DNA of 62,894 bases, counting the filler, from Octopus bimaculoides (Eukaryota): NCBI RefSeq assembly GCF_001194135.2. It is 4 parts of 4 records of this genome, joined end to end, with 100 filler letters (N's around TTAATTAATTAA, not from the genome) between each part and the next. Parts side by side here need not be neighbours in the genome. Positions count along the whole stretch, not along the records: positions 50,473 to 62,894 come from NC_069009.1; 3 more parts are not named here. One strand, 5' to 3'. Positions within the stretch are counted from its first letter, which is position 1. Every line of letters begins with the position of its first letter. The notes below the pieces were generated by a model. That model ran no database searches, was not told the DNA's origin, and saw only the letters and a program-made list of their open reading frames with translations. Of the stretch, positions 56,295-62,894 are shown piece after piece. The translations under genes were made by a program, and so were the position numbers.

Positions 56295-56440
56295 GACGGG
56301 TTTTCTTTCAGTTTCCGTCTACAAAGGTTTTGGTAGGCCTGAGGCTATAGAAGACACTTACCAAAGGTGCCACACAGTGGGACTGAACCCCAAACTACGG
56401 TTGATTGAGAAGCAAACTTCTTGCCACACAGCCACACCTG
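56295..56440 (-). mobile_element. SINE family A head
   Basis: gacgggttttctttcagtttccgtctac...gtgccacacagtgggactgaaccc, as in 62790-62894. Confidence 0.82.
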
Positions 56441-56530
56441 TATGCGTATGTGTGTGTGTTCATATTCACACACATATCTATATAATCCATAGATGCATTA
56501 CTGTGTATTAAAATTAATGTTTTCCCTATA

Positions 56531-57700
56531 GGAATAATAATAATAACACTTTCTACAATAGGCACAGGCCCTAAAATTAGAATGTAAGTCAATTACATCA
56601 ACCCCAGTGCTCAACTGGTACTTATTTCATTGACCCCAAAAAGATGAAGGTAAAGTTGACCTCGGCAGAATTTGAACTCGGAACATAAAAGCAGATGAGA
56701 TGCCACTAACCATTTTGTCCAGCATGCTAATGATTCTACCAGCAAGAGCCTTAACCCTTTTGAGACACAGTGTTTTGGTATGTGTAGCCAAAAAGACCAA
56801 ATTTTTTTTTTTCTATTGAGATACATCTGCTGAAAGGCGATCTCTGATTGGCTGTTCAACTTCAAAACCAACCATTCACAAAGTTTGTTCCATTTGGCTG
56901 ATAGACAGGCCTCAGAGTCATCATTTGGGCCGATCAATTGGCCTGAGTGTCCCAAGAGGATTAAATATAATTATAATAATAATCTTTTCTACTGTAGGCA
57001 CAAGGCCTAAAATTTTGCGAGAGGGAACTAGTTGATTACATCAACCCCAGTGCTCAAGTGATATCTGTGTAATCAACCCCAAAAGGATGAAAGGCAAAGT
57101 TGACCTTGGCGGAATTTGAACTCAGAACATAAAGACAGAAAAAATGCCGCAAAGCATTTTGCCCTGCATGCTAACGATTCTACCAGCTCACCACCTTTAT
57201 AATAATAATAATAATAATGGTTTCAAATTTTGCCACAAGGGTAGCCACTTTGTGGGAGGGGATGTGTTGATTACATTGACCTGTGTTCAACTGGTACTTA
57301 ATTTACTGACCCCGAAAGATGAAAGGTCAAATCAGCCTCGGCGGAATTTGAACTCAGAACGTAGCGACAGGTGAAATGCTACTAAGGATTTTGTCTGGTG
57401 CAGTAACGATTCTGCCAGCTCACCACCTTATTAATAATAATAATAATAATAATAATAAGGGTTTCAAACGAACCCCAGTACTAGGCTGGTAATTTACTTT
57501 ATCAAATCTGAAATGGATGAAAGGCAAAGTTGACCCTGGCAAGATTTGAACTCTGAATGTAAAGTATAAAATGCGATGCCACAAAGCAATTTTCCAACTC
57601 TTCAGTTTGCTACCTCATAACACTTTTTGATTTAGGCGCTTTGCCAGTAATTTTAAGACCAGAACAAATACTACAATGCCTTTTCAAATGTGATTCAATA

Positions 57701-57734
<34 letters not shown>

Positions 57735-58852
57735 CTAGATTCGAGAAATATGTAGGAGAAATCGGAATTAACATGAGAGCAGAACAGGCCCCCAAAACAA
57801 CCCTATTGGGGAGAGCTAGGATTTTGAGATTGGTGCTTAGGTGTTGAATGTCATCCATGATGTTAACATTCAGATATCAAAGCTAATAATTTGCAGGAGA
57901 CCCAGTGAGACCACTGACGACAAGTTGCTGTCCCCTCTCACAGAATCAACCAGAGTAAGGAAGACAGAGCTTTGAGAAGTAAAATAGTAAAAATAATACT
58001 TGTCATGATGCAATAGCAAGCTCTCATGGCTTCTGATCTTAACTGATTGGAAGTGTTATCATGTACATTGTTTTGTCTTGCAAATATTCTCTTCAATACC
58101 ACAGATTTGCCTGTCAGTTGTTTGACGTTAATCAGTTGAGCATGTCCCTTAGTGGCTGACGATATGTGCATCTCTGATCATGAGCAGAAGTAGTTGAGGA
58201 GAATCAAAGCCATGTGTTGAGAGGAATTCTTTGGGGTTTAGATAGTTCACCTTTGGAAACATGGGTGTTTCGTTCAACATCCTTAAACAGCCATTATTCA
58301 GGGACCTTTTGAACAGGATGGGTTACTTATCTTCAAGAAAATTCTAATTGGCCCCCACTGGCAAGGTCATGCACTGTTTATCTTGATACGAGATCACCAT
58401 AGCACACATGGTTGTGGGTGCATGCACCTGATATACCCTTATCAGATGGGTAGTCATAAGGGGTATATTGAGCTTTGTATATTTGTGCCCCAGTGTCACT
58501 TTGATGGCCTGCATTGCTCTCTCATTCAGTAATAATGATTTCAAATTTTGGCACAAGGCCAGCAAATTTAGGGGACGGAATAAGCTGATGACATGGACCC
58601 CAGTGTTCAACTGGTACTTAACCCCAAAAGGATGAAAGGCAAAAATCAACCTCAGCTTTGCTTTTCATCCTTGGGGGGTGGGGGCGATAAAATAAGTACC
58701 AGATGAGTACTGGGGTCAATGTAATTGATAATCCTTTCTACAATAGGCCCAAGGCCTATTACAATGACCCAGTGTACTTATTTCAGGACCCCGAAGGGAT
58801 GAAAGGCAAATTTGGCCTCAGCGGAATTTGAACTCAGAATGTGAAGACAGAG

Positions 58853-58893
<41 letters not shown>

Positions 58894-59455
58894 CCTTTCT
58901 GCAAAAGGCACAAGGCCTGAAATTTTGGGGGTGTAAACTAGTCGATTACGTTGACCTCAGTGCATAACTGGTACTTAATTCATCAACCCCGAAAGGATGA
59001 AAGACAAAGTCGACCTCAGCAGAATTTGAACTTAGAATGATAATCATAATAATTATAATAATGGTTTCAAATTTTGGCACAAGGCCAGTATTTCAAGGGG
59101 AGAGAATAAGTCGAGCACGTTGACCCCCAATGCGCAACTGGTATTTATTTCACTGACCCCAATGAGCTTAAAAGCAAATTGACTTCGGCAGAATTTACAT
59201 TCAGAATGTAAGGACATAAAAAAAAAATAATAATCCTTTCTACTATAGGCACAAGGCCTGAAATCGGAGGGGAGGGGTAAGTCAATCCCATCGACCCCAG
59301 TACTTGACTTGAACTTAATTTATCGACCCTGAAAAGATGAAAGGCAAAGTTGACCTCGATAGAATTTGGAACTCAGAACATAAAAAGACGGGCGAAATAC
59401 CGCTATGCGATTTGCCCGGCGTGCTAACGATTCTGGCAACTCGTTAGCTTAATGA
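56531..59455 (-). mobile_element. Cluster of about 10 tRNA-derived SINEs (Deu/Nin-like core) separated by (AAT)n
   Basis: Repeated unit aataat-cctttctactataggcacaaggcc...gaccccgaaaggatgaaaggcaaagttgacctcggcggaatttgaactcagaac...ccagctc. The domain name is from memory of LF-SINE/Nin-type cores. Confidence 0.9.
56755..56960. mobile_element. piggyBac-type MITE
   Basis: TTAA on both sides (56751-56754, 56961-56964); ends cccttttgagacac / gtgtcccaagagga. Confidence 0.72.
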
Positions 59456-59855
59456 TAATAATTAACAAAATCCTGAATGGTTTAATATAATTTTTCCTGA
59501 TTAATTCATGTCATACAGGTTGGTATCATTAACACCAAGTCTTATTCAAATAGATCTAAGATATTCCAGTTATGGCCATCCAATCTGATTTTCTAACAGA
59601 GTACTGCAAACTACATAAATCAATCTTTATTCTGTATTTGTTTTTTGGGTTTTTTTTTTTGCTTCAGTGTGATCGAAGAGATGTTTGCCTACTATTTTTA
59701 GCAGGCCACATGACCACTGACAGGGTTTCTAATTAAGTTGTTTTATTGCAAGTTTAGAAAACCAACCATGCGCATTCTGTGAAGCTAGAGTGTTCTGGAC
59801 GGAGATACAGACGGATTGACTAACAGACAGACAGACGTACATATATATGTGTGTA

Positions 59856-59896
<41 letters not shown>

Positions 59897-60068
59897 AAGA
59901 TGGACAGAGGGGCAAATCAATGAATGAATGAATGCACAGATTGATACATACATATTAATGGAGAGAGAAAGAGAGAGAATAAGTTAGATTGATGATGAAT
60001 ACACATGCAAACGGATGTAATTATGCATGTATTGATGGATAGATAGACAGACAGACAGATAGATAAAC

Positions 60069-60119
<51 letters not shown>

Positions 60120-60144
60120 CAGACAGATAGATAAACAGCTAGAC

Positions 60145-60175
<31 letters not shown>

Positions 60176-60371
60176 AACAAATAGATAGATAGGTAGATAG
60201 ATAGACTAACCAACATACAGGTAGATAGGTGTATTAGTCTAATGCTCGGAAGACAGACAGACAGAGATAGATGGATAAAAATATACACTTATATAAAAGT
60301 CAAACTAACGGACAGCTACACGCACACGGAGATTGACAAGACGGGAATGCGAATCCATGGCGATACTTTAC

Positions 60372-60634
60372 CTGTAGATTTCACTGCGGGAATCAGAGCT
60401 GGCATCATCTATAATTTTCATGTTGATGGTGGTTGGAGTGATGCAGGAGATATTTGGAAAAGTAGTAGCGGTTGTTGTTGCTGCTGTTGAAGTAGCTGTA
60501 GTGTTATTAGTAGAAAGAGTTGTTGATGCTGTAATAGTTGTAGGTGTTAGTGTTGGGCTGTCTCCGTTTTCGCTGTCGTCGCTCGGTAGTGGGACATCGA
60601 CTAGCTCTTTGTCACACTCTTTAGACATCCTCAT
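60372..60634 (-). CDS. Putative first coding exon of an unidentified host gene (acidic N-terminus + Thr/Ser-rich tract)
   Basis: M(R)MSKECDKELVDVPLPSDDSENGDSPT...IIDDASSDSRSEIY; mixed Thr codons; ends at AG|GTAAAG donor (phase 2); in-frame TGA upstream of the ATG. Confidence 0.5.
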
Positions 60635-61516
60635 GAAAAGCAGCGATGGAGTAGGCTTGACTCACCGTGGCTCAGATTGTAATACAGTGCAGTGAAAGAT
60701 ATATATATTGATATATGTGTGTGTGTGTGTAGCAGCTCAACGATATAAAATATATTTATATGTCTTCTGTGTGTGTGTAAATATATATATATAGAGAGAA
60801 AATTAGATGTATGTATAGATTGATATATTTTATAGAAGAAGCTGAGTGAGTATTTAAGAAGGAGTCACTAGGAGATTTTCGTTATATGCAACCATTCATA
60901 CACACAAAAAAATAATAATAATATTCTGTATGAGTAATCTCGTTTGCACCGCCAAACGTATATATTAACATACAAAACTGATTCAAGTAACGGACAGTCT
61001 ACAATCCGTAATTTAAAATATATATATAGATGGAAGAAAATCTGGTTATTTGGTAATGAAGCTTCTCAGAGCTTCTCGAGTATATGCGATGATTCAGACG
61101 GATAAAATAATATATATGTATATAGGCAGTGCTCTTTGTAGTATGTACCACTACCACACGTCTATGTATGTATATTAATATACAGCACTAGGGCGTGTTG
61201 ACACCAGTAACGCTGTGACACCGTCCGTATAGAAGAAGATACTGATATATATGATATATAATGTATGTATGTGTGTATATATGATACACACTATCGATTA
61301 GCACTCTAGACAGTCAGTCAATACTCAATTTAGATATAAATGGGCCGCAGTAGAGAGAGATGGGGGGGAGAGTCAGACAGACATGCGGGACAGATAGACA
61401 AACAAACGAACGGACGGACGGACGTACAGGTTGGGGAAAGAAAATAATTTTTTAATGTATTTGTAGGTATATAGATATATATATGTGTGAGTGTGCGCGT
61501 GTGTTAATATATATAG

Positions 61517-61990
61517 GTGTCTGTGTCTGTATTTCAATTCGGGAATAAATCAGAAATGCTGTTATTTAAGCAAGCTCAAAGCTGGGATGTCAAAAGTCAG
61601 CGTTAATGTATTTTAGTAAATGGATGGATGGAGATGATGATGCAAGCAGACAGAGAATAATAATAATAATAATAATATATTAATCCATTCGAAATGTTAG
61701 CAAGAGACAGATATATATAGTATATATGTATATGTATGTGTGTGTGTGTGTGTGTATATATAGATGTGTGTGACTCTGTTTCAATTCGGAAATAAAGAAG
61801 ACAAACTGTTATTAAAGCAAGTTCGAAGCTGGGATACGAAAAGTCAAACGTTATTGTGTTAATATATTAGTAAGACAACCCCACAGTGGATGGAGAAAAT
61901 GATGAGGATGCAAGCAGAGAGAATGATAATAATAATATATATTAATCCATTCGAAATGTATTGAACACTTGGTTAGTAAATGTTAGCAAT
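61517..61990. repeat. Diverged tandem duplication, period about 246 bp
   Basis: ttcaattcgg at 61533 and 61779; shared gcaag..aagctgggat..aaaagtca, gatgcaagcaga and atattaatccattcgaaatg. Confidence 0.85.
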
Positions 61991-62099
61991 AAACATATAT
62001 GTACACGTTATATATGATATATATACGTCCGTAGAAGTGATCAAATAAGACTTACAGCAGGTAATTAATTAATTAAGACGAGGTCTGAAAGGCAATTAT

Positions 62100-62520
62100 T
62101 GATCTTCGCCTTACGCCAGCGCACTTGCTTGCTGCTTACACGTAGCGCCACCACGCGACATTCGTCGGCGTCAGAAGGAAATAAGGAAGAGAGATAGTAA
62201 AAAGAAAGGAATAACGAATTCAAGCAGTTGCCAAGGGTCGATAACTCTCGTTCGTTCTCGTGACTCACCGCCTGTTGCTGCTAATATTGCAACTGCTGCT
62301 GCAAACACCTGTTATTGTTGTTGTTATTGCTAACTCTCTCTCTCTCTTTCTCTGTCATTCTTTCTTCTTCTCTTATTATTTCCTTCTCTGTGTGTCTCTA
62401 ACTTTTTAATCTCTATTTTTCTGTTTCACTTACTCTCTAATTCTCTTACGATTTCTCCTTGTTTCTCTCTCTCTCTTGTTATCGCTCTCTTTCTATCACT
62501 CTCTCTCTCTTTCTCTCTCC
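62100..62520 (-). promoter_or_regulatory. Promoter/5'-UTR-like region: GA-rich tract, CAG/CAA-rich segment, splice donor at 62269|62268, CpG-rich downstream
   Basis: Minus strand ggcg|GTGAGT; CpG density visibly above the window background at 62100-62270. Confidence 0.4.
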
Positions 62521-62619
62521 TAAAAAAAATCAAATACAAAAAACAACGCAACCAAGCGCTTGCCAAGCAAAACAAAACTGATTTAGAAGCCCTCGGGATG
62601 ATGGGTCTTTTATTCATTT

Positions 62620-62894
62620 ATTCTTTTACTTGTTTCAGTCATTTGACTGCGGCCATGCTGGAGCACCGCCTTTTAGTCGAACAAATCGCTACGTTACGGG
62701 GACGTAAACACACCAGCATCGGTTGTCAAGCGGTGGTTGGAGGACAAACACAGACACACAATCACACATATATATATACATATATACGACGGGCTTCTTT
62801 CAGTTTCCGTCTACCAAATCCACTCACAAAGCTTTGGTCAGCCCAAGGCTATAGTAGAAGACACTTGCCCAAGGTGCCACGCAGTGGGACTGAA
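62620..62894 (-). mobile_element. Bipartite SINE family A (cut by the window end)
   Basis: Tail 62620-62760, microsatellite, head 62790-62894. Confidence 0.9.

Noticed and set aside
56531-59455. CRISPR-like or satellite interpretation of the repeat cluster
   Set aside because: Units are 130-230-bp tRNA-derived SINEs with variable truncation; no constant short repeat with unique spacers; eukaryotic context.

Overview
AT-rich, repeat-dense animal genomic DNA from a gappy draft assembly. The repeat families and the (TA)n/(CA)n/(AAT)n landscape resemble an octopus or other coleoid cephalopod; this is an inference. Three artificial 100-bp spacers (44 N + TTAATTAATTAA + 44 N) split the window into four joined pieces. 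Almost all ORFs in the supplied track are microsatellite, gap or antisense noise. Recognisable content is decayed mobile DNA: mariner and Tc1 transposases, Penelope-like elements (RT and GIY-YIG), many R4/Dong-like RLE LINE fragments abutting (AAT)n tracts, an RTE LINE, a Tx1/L1-like LINE, several tRNA-derived SINE families and MITEs. One plausible host coding exon (Thr/Ser-rich, minus strand, 60372-60634) lies near a CpG- and GA-rich promoter-like region. The most interesting signal is a set of short non-autonomous elements carrying minimal hammerhead-ribozyme folds with palindromic stem III. One family is itself palindromic and combines a tRNA-like Pol III head, an (AAT)n linker and a hammerhead. 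Also notable are a three-level nested insertion, a head-to-tail array of about 10 SINEs, and a long inverted SINE pair.
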